A stretch of DNA of 64,000 bases from Gracilinanus agilis (lineage: Eukaryota): NCBI RefSeq assembly GCF_016433145.1, contig NC_058133.1, positions 189,960,306 through 190,024,305 of the forward strand, given 5' to 3'. The notes under the pieces were generated by a model. That model saw only the letters and a program-made list of their open reading frames with translations. It had not been told where the DNA came from and did no database searches. The position numbers and the translations under genes are program-made. Within the stretch, counting starts at the first letter, position 1. Each line of letters opens with the position of its first letter. Shown here one piece after another: positions 14,801 to 26,840 of the stretch.

Positions 14801-17800
14801 AGGTCTTCATGACTCTTAAGTCCAACAATCCATTTATTGAACCACCAAAATGACTCATTTTAACAATAAAGCTAGACCCTTTGACCCAGCAAAACCACTA
14901 CTAAGACTCCATCCCAAAGAGATCAAAGATAGCTTAAAGGACCTACTTGTACAAAAATATTCAGAACGACTCCATTTGTGGTGCCAAAGAACTGGACACT
15001 GAAAGAATGTCCACCAATTGGGGAGTGGCTAGAAAGATATATATTGGAGCCAGATCATAGAAGATTTTATTGAAACTTTTATGCCCTATACCACCTTATA
15101 CATAGTTGGTGCTCAATAAATGAGTGATTGGAGCAGCTAGAAGGTACAGTAGATAGAATGCCAGGCCTGGAGTCAGGAAGACTCCTCTTCCTGAGTTCAA
15201 ATCCTGCTTCAGACATTTACTAACTGTGTGATCCTGGGTAAGTCCCTTAACCCCTTTTGCCATAAATAAATAAATGAATATATGAATGTGTCCCTGAATG
15301 AACAGTACTCCTGTACCCTGCTGCTCTCCTCTAGAACCAAGCTGAAGCTCACTACAAAGGTCACAAACATGCCAGAAAGCTCAAGGCTGTAGAGGCTGCC
15401 AAGAGTAAGCAGAGGACCCATACTCCAGGCCGGGATAGAGCCACTGGTCCAGTCACTACACCTCCTGACAGCAGAGCTCCTGGAGAACCCCAGAACAAGG
15501 GTATAGTAGTGTGTGTTTATTCCTCACTCACTTTCTCCCCTCTCCACCTGAATAACAGGGGCTGGGGATCTCTTATTTTGTCATTTAATGACCACTATGG
15601 TGATAATAGAATATACAGATGAAGACCATTTGCTCTCTCTCTTCCCCCCCTTCTCTCTTAAGTGTTTTAAACTCCACCCCCCTTTCCTCTTGCTTCTCCC
15701 TCCCTCATTCCTTTTTTCTCCCCTTTCCTTCCTCTTTTAAGTGACTTAAACCTTGGCCTCCCCTTCCAGTTTATCTTGTGCTTTCCTCCCCCATCCCCTC
15801 CCTCTTTCTTCTCTCTTCAATATTTTAGAGCCCTCCTTCCCCCCTCCTGTTAAAAAAAAATGAAGACCACTGTAGACAGTCCATGAGGTGAGATGAGAAG
15901 AGAAGCAGGGTCTATGCCTCAGGCCCTTGACCTGTGGCCTCTGTTTCATCAGCTCCCTTGGCAGCCTCTCCTGGATCTCCTTTAGTTCTGCTGAAGACAT
16001 TGGACCCCACTCCCAGGGAGCCAGCTAGCCTGGACCTCTCCGATGCTGCTTCTTCTTCTTCGTCCTCTTCTCCTTCCTGTTCCCCCTCATCCCCAGGGCC
16101 AGGGGCTGAAATGCCTGGTACTAGAATGGGGGCAGGAGCAGGAAGCAGCGTGGGTTCGGACAACAGGAATGAGAAGGGCCCTCTCTACTGCCCTACCTGT
16201 AAGGTCACTGTCAACTCAGCCTCACAGCTCCAAGCCCATAATACAGGTAGGTTGGTTCTTTGGCAGGGGGGAGGGTGCCACATGGTAAGGGAAGGAAAAG
16301 GAGAGTAGAGGGTGGGATTCTTCTAAGAGAAGGAAGTAAAAAATCTATATTCTTTACCCGTTCTAGGGGCCAGGAAATGGGAAAGGTACAGCAGCTTGAT
16401 TTTGTTCTAATTGCCCAGTGCCCTTCTATAATGGGGCCAAGAGTCTTTTTGGGTGCCAAGGTGGCCCATATCTCCTAGATTTACCTACAGTCTCTGGAGG
16501 GAAGTCATCTGGGATGAGAGAAGACTGAGAAGATGGGACTGAAGGTCTCTATGACTCTAGAACTAGGGTTCTTAACCTAGGGTCCCTTGTGGTGGTGGTG
16601 GTGGGGGAGGATCTGTCAAAAGACTTCAGGAGGACTATAAATTTAGATGGAAGAAAAATGACATCTTTATTTCACTAACTTCTAATTGAAATTAAGCACT
16701 TCCTTTAATCATGAATGAAAGCCACAAACCATGATTCTGAGATGGGCTCTCAAGCCTAGACAAAGTCAGAGGACCAGAACAGGAGGACTTGCTAGAAATT
16801 AGGGGGTTATGGCCCTGGAATAAGAGAGGCTAAGAAAAGCTTCAGTCACAAGGCAGAGAATGTCTCTCCAGCTCAAGCTAAGTTTGATGAACAGGATATT
16901 CTGGAGGTTGAGGGATGACCTTTAGGTCGGAGAGACTATGTACCTTTGTCCCCGCATTCCCATCATTGGCCTCTGACAGGATCTCTCTCCCCGCAGGAGC
17001 GAAACACAAGTGGATGGTAGATGGCCATCGAGGGGCTCCTCGAAGGGGCAGGGGTCGAATTATGCCTCGGGGAGGGGCTGGGCACAAAGCCAAGCGTGTG
17101 GCAGGGGCCCCAGGTGGCAAGCCGGGGCCCAGCCCTTCTTTCCACTGTGCCCTCTGTCAGCTCCACGTCAACTCTGAAACCCAACTCAAGCAGGTGGGGA
17201 AAGGGAAGAGGTAAGGGATGGAGGGTGTTGAGTGGTCAGAGATGTGGGAAGTGGTATGAGCCATGTAGGGAAGGGGCAGGAGGGAGATTGGGCTAAGAAG
17301 GAAAGGAATGCACCTCCATGCAGAGGAGGCCTGACACTTAGAGAGGGGAGAGGGTGGTGAGAGACCAGGGAGACTTCACTTTCCTCAGTTCCTCTGCTAC
17401 CACGAATCCCAAAGGTAAGGAAGCCTGGGTTGGGGAACCTGTCTCAACCCACACCCGTTTGTGTTCGTGTCTTTTAGCACATGAGTAGCCGAAGACACAA
17501 AGACAGGCTGGCAGGGAAACCCCTGAAGGCTAAGGTCAGTCAGCATAGCAAGCTACAGAAACATGGGGCGCTGGCTGTGAGTATCCTCAAGGTACCTGTC
17601 TCTGAACATTGGAACTCCCAACTCTCAAGTCCTAGGGGCAGGAAGACTGGGTGGGCAGCCCGAGCCAGGCAAAGTCAAAAGGGATGAAGTGTTGGTGGGT
17701 TTTTTGGGGGGGTGGGGTGGGAAGAGATAGCAACAGGGGAAGACATTAGGAGGTGAGGATGAGAACTTTTGACTACTGACAGGCTTTTATGGGTGTAGCA

Positions 17801-18402
17801 GGAAGGATGTAGACCCCATTCCTGAGCCTGCCCTGCTGGGAAGGGCATGAGAAATTGTCCCTTTGTTGTCTTGGGCTGTGCCCAGGAATTTCCGGCAGGT
17901 GGGAGGGAGCACCAGCTATGAGGGCATGCAAGTGAGGGGGTTTGTGTGTGTTTGGGTGAGGGTCCCCCGGAAACAATCCCCACCACCCAGCTTCCTTTCT
18001 CACCCCTTTTCATTCCTGAGGGTTCCCATCCCCACCCCCAGACAGGAAGACAGGTGATGGAGAAGAAAGTCTGGTGCATGTGCTTATGGGAGGGGGCAGG
18101 AGGAAGGATGCGGGACAGGTGCTGGTGGGTAGTTTCTTGTAGTAATGGATTCTCTGTGTCTTTTTCTGTAGTCTAAGCTGGCCTTACAGAAGCAACTTAC
18201 CAAGACCCTGGCAGCCCGATTCCTGCCCGGTCCCCTCCCCACTGCTGCGGTATGCACCCTGCCAGGGCCCTTGGCTCTTCGGCCAGCCCCAGCTGCCGCT
18301 ACCACCCTCTTCCCAGCCCCGATGCTGGGGCCTGCCCTGTTCCGCTCACCAGCCGCAGCTGTCCGCCCAGCCACTGGGCCCATTGTCTTTGCTCCATACT
18401 AA
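11894..18402 (+). CDS. ZNF385C: Zinc finger protein 385C, 5'-partial (upstream exons lie left of the window)
   Basis: Phase-consistent GT-AG exons: 11894-12039, 13272-13382, 15335-15500, 15953-16246, 16997-17193, 17478-17591 (alternative end 17576), 18172-18402 (TAA). Three matrin/U1-like C-x2-C-x12-H-x5-H fingers ([23 protein letters not shown]; [23 protein letters not shown]; [23 protein letters not shown]), family motif [10 protein letters not shown]-terminus [11 protein letters not shown]. Confidence 0.95.
14432..14580 (+). mobile_element. Young-looking SINE1_Mdo, 3'-truncated
   Basis: gggcagctgggtagctcagtggattgagaaccaggcctagagacaggaggtcctaggttcaaacccggcctcagacacttcccagc. Confidence 0.9.
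14875..15035 (+). mobile_element. L1 ORF2 C-terminal fragment
   Basis: Degenerate translation PFDPAKPLL...TCTKIF...FVVPKNW...CPPIGEWL is typical of the L1 ORF2 C-terminus. Confidence 0.75.
15130..15265 (+). mobile_element. Mar1-like CORE-SINE
   Basis: gcagctagaaggtacagtagatagaatgccaggcctggagtcaggaagactcctcttcctgagttcaaatcc. Confidence 0.7.
16563..16800. mobile_element. Old non-autonomous hAT/Charlie-like DNA transposon fossil
   Basis: Starts ctagggttcttaacctagggtcc (resembles the CAGGGGTTCTTAACCT TIR), preceded by ctctagaa (NTCTAGAN target preference). The right end is not cleanly identifiable. Confidence 0.4.
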
Positions 18403-19789
18403 TCCTCCCTGGGGGAGGCCAAAGCTGACTCCCCAGCAGTCCCGCTTCCTGGCTCCTGTCCAGCTCGCCCTTGCCATGGAGCAATGTCTCTTTACAACTG
18501 GTAGTCTGGGATGGGGGAGAAGACGAAGCCCATGTCTAGGGTTAGCATCATCTTCTCTCTCGAAAGGAGCCGGACTAGGTGGCCTCTAAGGTCTCTTCCA
18601 AGTCTAATCTGACCTTATGCAGAATACTTCCAGTTCACACAAGGTAACCAGCCCCTGCTGTGGTTGGGGTGAGGAACCAGGTGTCTCTATCAATCATCCA
18701 TTCCCTAACCATCTGGTGCCATCCCTGGAGCCTGAAATTAAGGCGGCCCTATAAGTCTACAGCCAAGGTCTCCCCAGCCCCAGGGACTAACAGACTCCCA
18801 ACAATCTATGCAAAATCCCCAAAGCCAGCTCCAAGTAGTCTCACTTTTCAAGGGAAATAGGAGGAAAGCAAATCTGGTTACTACTCATCCCAGTCCCTGC
18901 CATGTGGGTGACTGGAGGGCTCCCCACCCCTCAGTTCTCATGTTTCTCCAGGGCCCAAGGGGAAGGGACAAGTTTACGACCATTAGCCCCTTATTTTGGG
19001 GGTATCTTCCACTAAAGGGGCCTCCCCTCCCCAGGCATATAATTCTTTGGGGGACCACAGAAAGGGCATGTTGGGGGTGTGGGAAGGGAATAAGATGGTG
19101 CCGGGTTAGTGTTCACCTTAGGGTAATGTTGCTGTGGAAGAGTACTATCATTAGGAAAAAGGAGAGGGACATTTCCAAGTCTGGGCAGTGCCGAGTTGAG
19201 ACTGCTTCAGTCTCGGAAGGATGTTCATGAGATGAGGGTGATGAGGGTGATGAGGAGGAGTGGGCTATTGGTGGGAATGGTGGTCCATTCCAGAGATTTG
19301 CTATGAGAAAAATTCAGTCTGTGGCAGCCAGGCAAGTTCCAATCCCAGACTTAGCCCTTTGCCAGAGCCCTACTCTGCTGTCTTCCAGAATGCATGCCTG
19401 GCCCATGTCTGAGCCTCCTTAACACCTTTTGCCCTGCCCGAATCTTTTAAACCTTATGGAAAATAACAGGCATTCTCCCCTTCTTCTCCCCCCACCCCAT
19501 TCTATTCCAGTGCACTTTAGCTCCCTCCCCTCCCCGAAAAGTCATTCCTTTTCCTTCACATCCCAGACCCCAGCACTTTCCAAACCTACGTAGACAGTAA
19601 AATTGGAGTAGTGGGACCCAGTCTGATCCCAAATTTCTAAGAATTGTTTTCAAAATAACCCCCGAGCCACCTCCTAAGACTTGGCCAATATCCTCCACCT
19701 ATCTTTTTTTTTTTTTTCTTCAGATGTTTCCAGTGGGAGAGAACAAGAAAAGGGGAGGGGGGATTTTTTTTATAATAAGCTATTGTGGC

Positions 19790-19795
19790 TTTATT
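19790..19795 (-). terminator. NKIRAS2: Candidate poly(A) signal of NKIRAS2 (AATAAA on - strand)
   Basis: TTTATT on +; first canonical signal I found downstream of the NKIRAS2 stop at 21080. Confidence 0.65.
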
Positions 19796-19809
19796 ATGTC
19801 CAACTCATC

Positions 19810-19815
19810 AATAAA
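19810..19815 (+). terminator. ZNF385C: Candidate poly(A) signal of ZNF385C
   Basis: First canonical AATAAA I found downstream of the stop at 18402; GT-rich sequence follows (gtgtatttgtgtt). Confidence 0.65.
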
Positions 19816-21079
19816 AGAGTCTGGAGCTTCGCAGTGTATTTGTGTTAACCTCTACCCCACAAAACCCCCAGCGCTGCCTTCTGGTACATGTCTTCATGTG
19901 CGGCACGGGTGCCTGATGTTGCTGGCAGGAAGACACGGTAACAGTATAGAGTATCGCATGCATTCACCAACACATACCAAATGGATGATTAGCCAATGAA
20001 AGGCTTCTACTGACCTGCTTTGTACTACTAGGACCCATGGCAGAAGAAGGAGTGCCCTATATAGTCTTCATTATGGTGGCCCAATAGTCTACAGCCAAGG
20101 TCGCCCCAGCCCCAACAACCTATGCAAAATCCCCAAAGCCAACTGGCTATTTATAAATATAGTAGAGGGTTGGAAAACATTGGCCCCCTTGGGCATCAGT
20201 CTGATTTACTGGACAAGCACCCCTCCCTACCATAACAGATGTCTAAATAGTCAACAGGGATGGTGTGCTCCTGCCCCCTGGTGGCCACAGACATCTCTCA
20301 CAGTTCTACCTTCTCTACGTTGGCCCAGCACTGGGCCACATTTAAGGGATGAAGAAAATTAAGAGGCCTGGAAAGGCAAGGAGTCTAGTTTTGACTCTCA
20401 TCTCTACAGAAAAGGAGGCTGAGGCGCAGAAAGGAAATGTCACCTAGCTAGTAAGTGAAGAGTTGAGACTGGCCTCCTGGACTCCAACCAGGAGATCCCT
20501 TACACTGTATCATGACCAGACTCCCAGGGAAGAAGGAAGAGAACAAGCAGGAGAGAACTTAATGAGAAGTTTCTGTCTCCCCAGTGGCTCGAGCTCTTCT
20601 TATTAGGGAAAGGACACAAGTGAGCTGGAGACATCTCCTGAGATAGGGAGGAAATGATTTCCTACCAATATATACCAAAATACCAATATATTCCTGCTTG
20701 ATTATCCTTTTCCAAGGACCATGACTTGGAGCTCCTGGGAGCCTTTTACAGGGGACCCTAGTCAACCGCTATCACCAACTCTCAAACTGGATTTCATGCT
20801 GATAGCAAGAGCAGGGGTGTGTGTGTGAGTGATGGCTGTGGAGTAACTTACACTATTTGGACCCTTCTCCAAGGAAGGAGAAACAATGGAGTGAGATGAG
20901 ACTCTGGGTGTTTCCCAATGGCTTACCATTGTGGTCCTCTGCCAGACTGACTTCAGGAAGCCCATCTTACCCTGTCCCTTCATTTTCCCAATGACTTGAA
21001 ACCCCAAGGAGTTGGGAGGTGAGGCAAGGTTGGGATAGGGTTAGGGCTGGGGGGTGTTGGAAAGAGAGAAGGGAAATTC

Positions 21080-24000
21080 TTAGCCATCCAAGGAGCCACT
21101 GCCCTTGTTTTTACGGCTGAGTGGAAAGGCCGACTTGCTCTGGGGCTGAGTCATCTTGCTGGCCAAGTAGATGAAGGGCTCAAGGAGAGAGCGGCGGTCG
21201 GCCACAGACACCTCCCATAGTTTCACCTTCTCCACCTTGGCCCAGTGCTGGGCCACATCAGGATCCACTCGACGCTGCTCCTGAAGGTCACATTTGTTGC
21301 CAAGGACCACGATGGTGACCTGGGAAAGGATTGAGGAGATGGGCAGAGTAAAGACTGTGCTCATGTAGGGGAGTATATAGCACCTGGAGTCGGGAGGAAC
21401 TGGGTTCAAATTTTCCTTCAAATGCTTCACTAACTGTGGAATCATAGCTAAGCCATTTAACTTCTCTCCATCTCAGTTTCCTAATCCATAAAATGGGAAT
21501 AATAATTCTACTTTAAAGGCTGTGATAGTACATGTAAAACCTTTTGCAAACCTTAAAGCACTTTACATGACTGACTATACAAACGTTAGCCATATTACCA
21601 TTAAGGGATCTTATTCTAAGCAAATGTTCCAGTGAACTATGATCTCATCTCTCCCTGCATTTGCAGTCTAGATGGTCAAAATGTTTATACTAGTATTTGG
21701 AGGGAGAAGGGTGGGGAGCAAAGGACTGGAAACAAAGTAGATGTCCATCAATTGGAGAAAACATGATGATTACAGAGAAGCCTAGAAAGACTTATAGGAA
21801 CTGATACAAAGAGAAGTAAGCAGAGTCAGGAAAGCCATATATACAGTGAGTACAATAATGTAAATGGCAAGAACGATAAAAATAAATGTTACAAAATTAT
21901 AAAGAACAACCTTGGCAGGGCAGCTGGGTGGCTCAGTGGATTGAGAGCCAAGCCTGGAGACAGGAGATTCTGGGCTCAAATCTGGCCTCAGATGCTTCCC
22001 AGCTGTGTGACCCTAGGCAAGTCATTTACCCCCATTGCCTAGACCTTATCACTCTTCTGCCTTGGAACCAATACTCAGTATCCATTCTGAGACAGAAGGT
22101 AAGGATTAAAAAAAATAATAATAATGAGGGGAAGGGATACAAAGGGACATCTAGGGGATATACAAACAAAACATGGCAATAAAAACCAATTTCCAAAGAA
22201 AGTCTCAGTAATGAATTTGGGCTATCATTTCTTTTTCCATCTTTATCTTCACTCTAAACCTTGAGCGGCCTCAAGCAGTCCCATGTCATGTTCTACAGTC
22301 CTATTTGTCTGAGCATTTGAGACAGTTCTGAGTAACTGTTTATGGTGCCTTCCCACTGACCTTATGCTTCCCTTCCTAGTATTCCATTCTTGTTCTCTCT
22401 CCTGACTGTCAGCTAATCCCTGATAAGGTAATTATTAAGGTCCTTCATGAGGACAGCTAGAAGTTGTAGATAGAGTACTAGACCCAAGTCAGGAAGGCCT
22501 GAGTTCAAATATGGGCTCAAGCACTAGTTATGTGGCTGTGGGCAAGTCATTTAACCCTGTATGCCTTAATTTCTTCATCTGTAAAATGAGCTGGAGAAGG
22601 AAATAGCAAACCACTCTAGTATCTTTGCCATGAAAACCCTACATGGGATCACAAAGGGTTGGACACACACACACAAAAAAACAACAACAAAAGTCTCTGA
22701 TATTCTCTGTTCCAGCTTAAAAATACTTATTATAGTTTTATATTTATATTTTATTTTTTTAATATTTTCAGAAAAGAATTTCAGGGAGTAGCTGGGTAGC
22801 TCGGCAGATTGAGAGTCAGGCCTAGAGATGGGAGGTCCTAGGTTCAAATCTGGCCTCAGACTTCCCAGCTGTGTGGGGGGAAAAAAAAATATATATATAT
22901 ATATATATACACACACATATGATATTCCCCTAGGAGCTTTTAAATCTTTAGTTTTATTTTTTTCCATATTGTTCATTTCTGTGAGTAATCTTACAAAACC
23001 AAAACCCTAAAACATAAACCCAAACAAACAAGTGATAAATCATATGCTTCCATCTGTTTTCTTATTCCCAATGTTTCTCTGGAGGTGGAGAATATTCTTT
23101 GTCCTAGGTCCTTCAGAATTGTCCTAGATCATCGTGTTGCTGATAGTAGCTAAGTCTATCATAGTTGACTGTTCCACAATATTGCTGTTACTGTGTACAG
23201 TGTTCTCCTGGTTCTGCTTATTTCATTCAACATCAGTCCATGAAGGTCTTTCCAGCAGGAGTTTTTAAATCTTAAAGAGGAGGGGCAGCTAAGTAGCCTA
23301 GTAGATAGATCTTTAGACCCAGAGACAGGAAATCCTGGCCTCAAATTGGGCCGGAGACAGTTCCTAGTTCTGGGACCCTGAGCAATCCCTTAACCCCAAC
23401 TGCCTCACCCTCACCGCTTTTCTGTCTTGGAACTAATACTCAGTATCAATTCTGAGACCGAAGGTAAGGGCTTAAAAAAAAAAAAATCCTAAAGAGAAAC
23501 CTGAAGAGGGAAAATCCCTAAAACAAAGCAATGAAGGCCACATGTGAAATGGCAGTCAGGTTAATGCTTTGAAGTAAGGTTTCTCCCCTCCACCCAGTGG
23601 CAAGGGGCTTTCCTTCTCCTACTCATTTTACAGATGAGGAAACTGAAACAGGGTTAAATGACTTGTCCAAGGTCATACAGCTATTAAGTGTCTGAGATAG
23701 GATTTGAACTCATGAAGCTGAGTCTTCCTGACCTTTAGCCAGGCACTCTAACGGTGCCACCTATCTGCCCTCAACAATAATAACAAAAAGTGACAAGGAG
23801 ATTAATAGAGAGAACTTTGCTTGGGAAGCCTGTCCCCACTCTTCCTCCCTACAGAAGACTTGAGGGAGCGATACCCTAGGTACCTCTGCTGACCAGGTGT
23901 TGAAATTCTTTTTTTTTTTTTTTAAACCCTTACCTTCTGTCTCGGAATCAATACTGTGTATCGGTTCCAAGGCAGAAAAGTGGCAAGGGCTAGGCAATGG

Positions 24001-25404
24001 GGGTTAGGTGACTTGCCCAGGGTCACACAGCTGGGAAGTGTCTGAGGCCACATTTGAACCCAGGACCTCCCATCTCTAGGCCTGACTCTCAATCCACCAA
24101 GCTACCCAGCTACTCCCTGAAATTCTTTTCTGAAAACATTCAAAAAAATAAGTTTTGGCCTGTCCCTGATGAAATGGTGCTGGCCTCCTGGTGTGGGTAG
24201 CTGTTACAGAATTCCACCAATGATCACATCTCCCCCACTAATCTCTCAGAGCGTTCCCACATCAGCTCTGCCCTGCCATACCTCCTTCTTATCCTTTGAT
24301 TTATCAATCTCCTTCTTCAGTAGTTCGACTCTTTGGAAGGACTCTCGGCTGTTAGTGCTATAGACGAGAACGTATCCATCGGTACAGGAGAAACAGTGCC
24401 TGGGGAGTTCTGCCCCGTCTCGTAGGCCCCGGGTATCATAGAATCGCACTTGCTCCCGAACACCTCGATCGGTCTCAATTGAACCCACATAGATATCTTC
24501 CTGGGTTTCAATCATCTCAGAACCTGGAAGGGGACAAGTTTATTATTTTTTTCTTAAGGATGATGGTTAGGAATGTTTAAAACTGTTATTTCCAGAGGGT
24601 CCAACCAGGGTCTTTCCTCAGTGTATAGAGGTGTATAGAGGAGTGAAAAAGTTGAAAAATCAGGAGTTGGGGGGCTGCTGAAGAGACTGGGGCAAGGATA
24701 AAAGGAACACTAAAATAATTTTAGTGTACTCTTAACATTAAATTAGCATGATTTCATTGGAATAGTGAACTCCCAGGTAAGGAAACTCACTCTATCAATG
24801 TACCTTCTCTACAACTCAAGATACTTGGAGGGGACAACTTGGTGGCTCAGTAGATAGAGAGCCAGGCTTGGAGACAGGAGATCCTGGATTCAAATCTGGT
24901 CTTAGACACGTCCTTAGCTGTGTGACCCTGGGCAAGTCACTTAACCTCCATTGCCTAGCCCTTACTGCTCTTCTGTCTTAGAACCATACATAATATTAAG
25001 TCTAAGATGAAAGATAAGGGTTTTCTTTTTTCTTTTTTAAGTTTTAGAGAGTTGCCCAGGCAAATGCCTTGCTAATTAAAACGTTCCTTTCTACATCATT
25101 TCTTGGACCCTGGACTCCACAGTGAGGGCTCTTCCTAATCCTGGAGGGTCAAATCCAAATGGGATGACATAGGCTAGTCTTATGTACTGACTCCGTGCAG
25201 CCACCTAGATGCAAGGAGCTGGCCTCCAGGCTTTTTATGTGTGGGGATTAGAAATATGCCTTCCCCTTCCCACTCCCATTGTTCTCTCCTTTCCAAATCC
25301 CAGCACTCACCTACTACATGGTTCCCATACAACAGCTGTTCTAGGATAGAGGTCTTTCCCACTGATGCCTGGCCACACACGACCACTTTGCAGCTCTTCC
25401 CCAT
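21080..25404 (-). CDS. NKIRAS2: NF-kappa-B inhibitor-interacting Ras-like protein 2 (kappaB-Ras2), 191 aa
   Basis: Coding exons on -: 25404-25311 (exon acceptor at 25420/25419), 24523-24282, 21319-21080 (TAA), all GT-AG and phase-consistent. [19 protein letters not shown]-loop, YDTRG, NKCD, C-terminus [10 protein letters not shown], no CAAX. Confidence 0.97.
21660..21910 (+). mobile_element. L1 ORF2 3'-end fragment
   Basis: aaaggactggaaacaaagtagatgtccatcaattggagaa...gaactgatacaaagagaagtaagcagagtcagg resembles the marsupial L1 3' end. Confidence 0.6.
21915..22115 (+). mobile_element. SINE1_Mdo-like SINE
   Basis: Pattern match with A-tail. Confidence 0.85.
23280..23490 (+). mobile_element. 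SINE1_Mdo-like SINE
   Basis: Pattern match with A-tail. Confidence 0.8.
23910..24115 (-). mobile_element. SINE1_Mdo SINE
   Basis: T-run then aaacccttaccttctgtctcggaatc...aagctacccagctactcc. Confidence 0.9.
24830..25040 (+). mobile_element. SINE1_Mdo-like SINE
   Basis: Pattern match. Confidence 0.85.
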
Positions 25405-26234
25405 GGACAGACCTCGATTCTGGAGAGGAGACAGGTTATACCGAGGTGGAGAATAGGGGAGAGAGGAGATACAAAAAGAAGGGACAACCAAAAGAGGATG
25501 TCTTTGAAACCCAAGTTCTGAATTTGACACTAATCGCTGGGGATTAGGACTCTGTAAATCATTAGGACGGTGGTTTTGTGGCCAGGATGGGGGTAGGGAG
25601 AGGAGGAGGATTTGCTGGAGATTCAGTGTGTGTGTTCAGTTTTCAAATCTCCATGACCCCATTTGGAGTTTTCTTGGCAAATGTACTGGAGTGGTTCACC
25701 ACTTTCTTCTGGAGTTCATTTTACAGATAAGGGACTGAGTTAAGTGACTAGTAAAGTGACTTGCCCAGAGTCACACAGCTAAGAAATGTATAAGGCTGGG
25801 CTTATCTCAGGAAACAGTCCAGATCCTAAGCCCAGCCCTCTATTCACTATATCATTTAGCTGCTGGGGATTAGCATTCTTCAAACCATTGGGTTGATAGG
25901 TTTGTAACAGGAGTATTACAAAGACTCCCTCCTCCCCCCAAGAGATAGGTATCTCTAGGTACTAGGATATAAAAGGGATCCCCTACTAAGGCCTCGAGAG
26001 CTAAATAATTCAGCCCTCAACTTCCTTCTGACACAAGAAGAAAATGATTCCAAACTCAATTGTCTGCCTAGGTTGGGCAGATTGAGCCTATTGCCTCACA
26101 TTGACTGAAGTTAAGTTTAGCCCAAGAAAGGAATGCTTTTCTTGAGAACCATTCCACCTTGCACCTCAAACCCAGCCAAACCAGTAATATAGGGCAAGAG
26201 CATTGAGAGAGGTGGGTCAATATTAGAAGCCTGG

Positions 26235-26637
26235 GGCAGCTAGGTGGCTCAGTGGATTGAGAGCCAGGCCTAGAGCTGGAAGATCCTGGGTTCAAATCTG
26301 GCCTCAGATGATTTCTAGCTGTGTGTCCCTGGGCGAGTTACTTAACCCCCATTGCTTAGCCCTTACCACTCTTCTGCCTTAGAACCAATACACAGGATTG
26401 GCTCTAAGGTGGAAGGGAAAGGTTTTTAAAAAAGTATGTATGGGGATGGAACAGCTGGGTAGCTCAGTGGACTGAGAGTCAGACCTAGAAGCAGGAGGAC
26501 CTGGGTTCAAATTTGGCCTCAGATACTTCCTAGTTGTGTGACTCTGGGCAAGTCATTTAACCCCCACTAATGACATAATGGAATCAGACACAGACAGTAT
26601 TGATTCTAAGAGGGAAGGTAAGGGTTTAAAAAAAAAA
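26235..26637 (+). mobile_element. Two adjacent SINE1_Mdo copies (about 26235-26435 and 26445-26637)
   Basis: Two consecutive pattern matches; the second has an internal deletion with filler DNA. Confidence 0.85.
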
Positions 26638-26840
26638 GATTAAAGAAGATATCGACGAGGAATCTAGAGACCCCAAACTTGTGGCTTGGTGAGATCTGAT
26701 GAACCCCAAGTTTTAGAAATAGCTTGTAGGTGGGGTTTAAAAAAAAGATTAAAGAAGATGTCGACGTGGAATCTAGAGACCCCAAACTTGTGGCTTGGTG
26801 AGATCTGATGAACCCCAAGTTTTAGAAATAGCTTGTAGGT
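26622..26840. repeat. About 110-bp tandem duplication (2 copies) across the SINE tail / LTR 5' junction
   Basis: Copies 26622-26731 and 26733-26840 differ by two substitutions and A-run length (10 vs 8). Confidence 0.92.
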
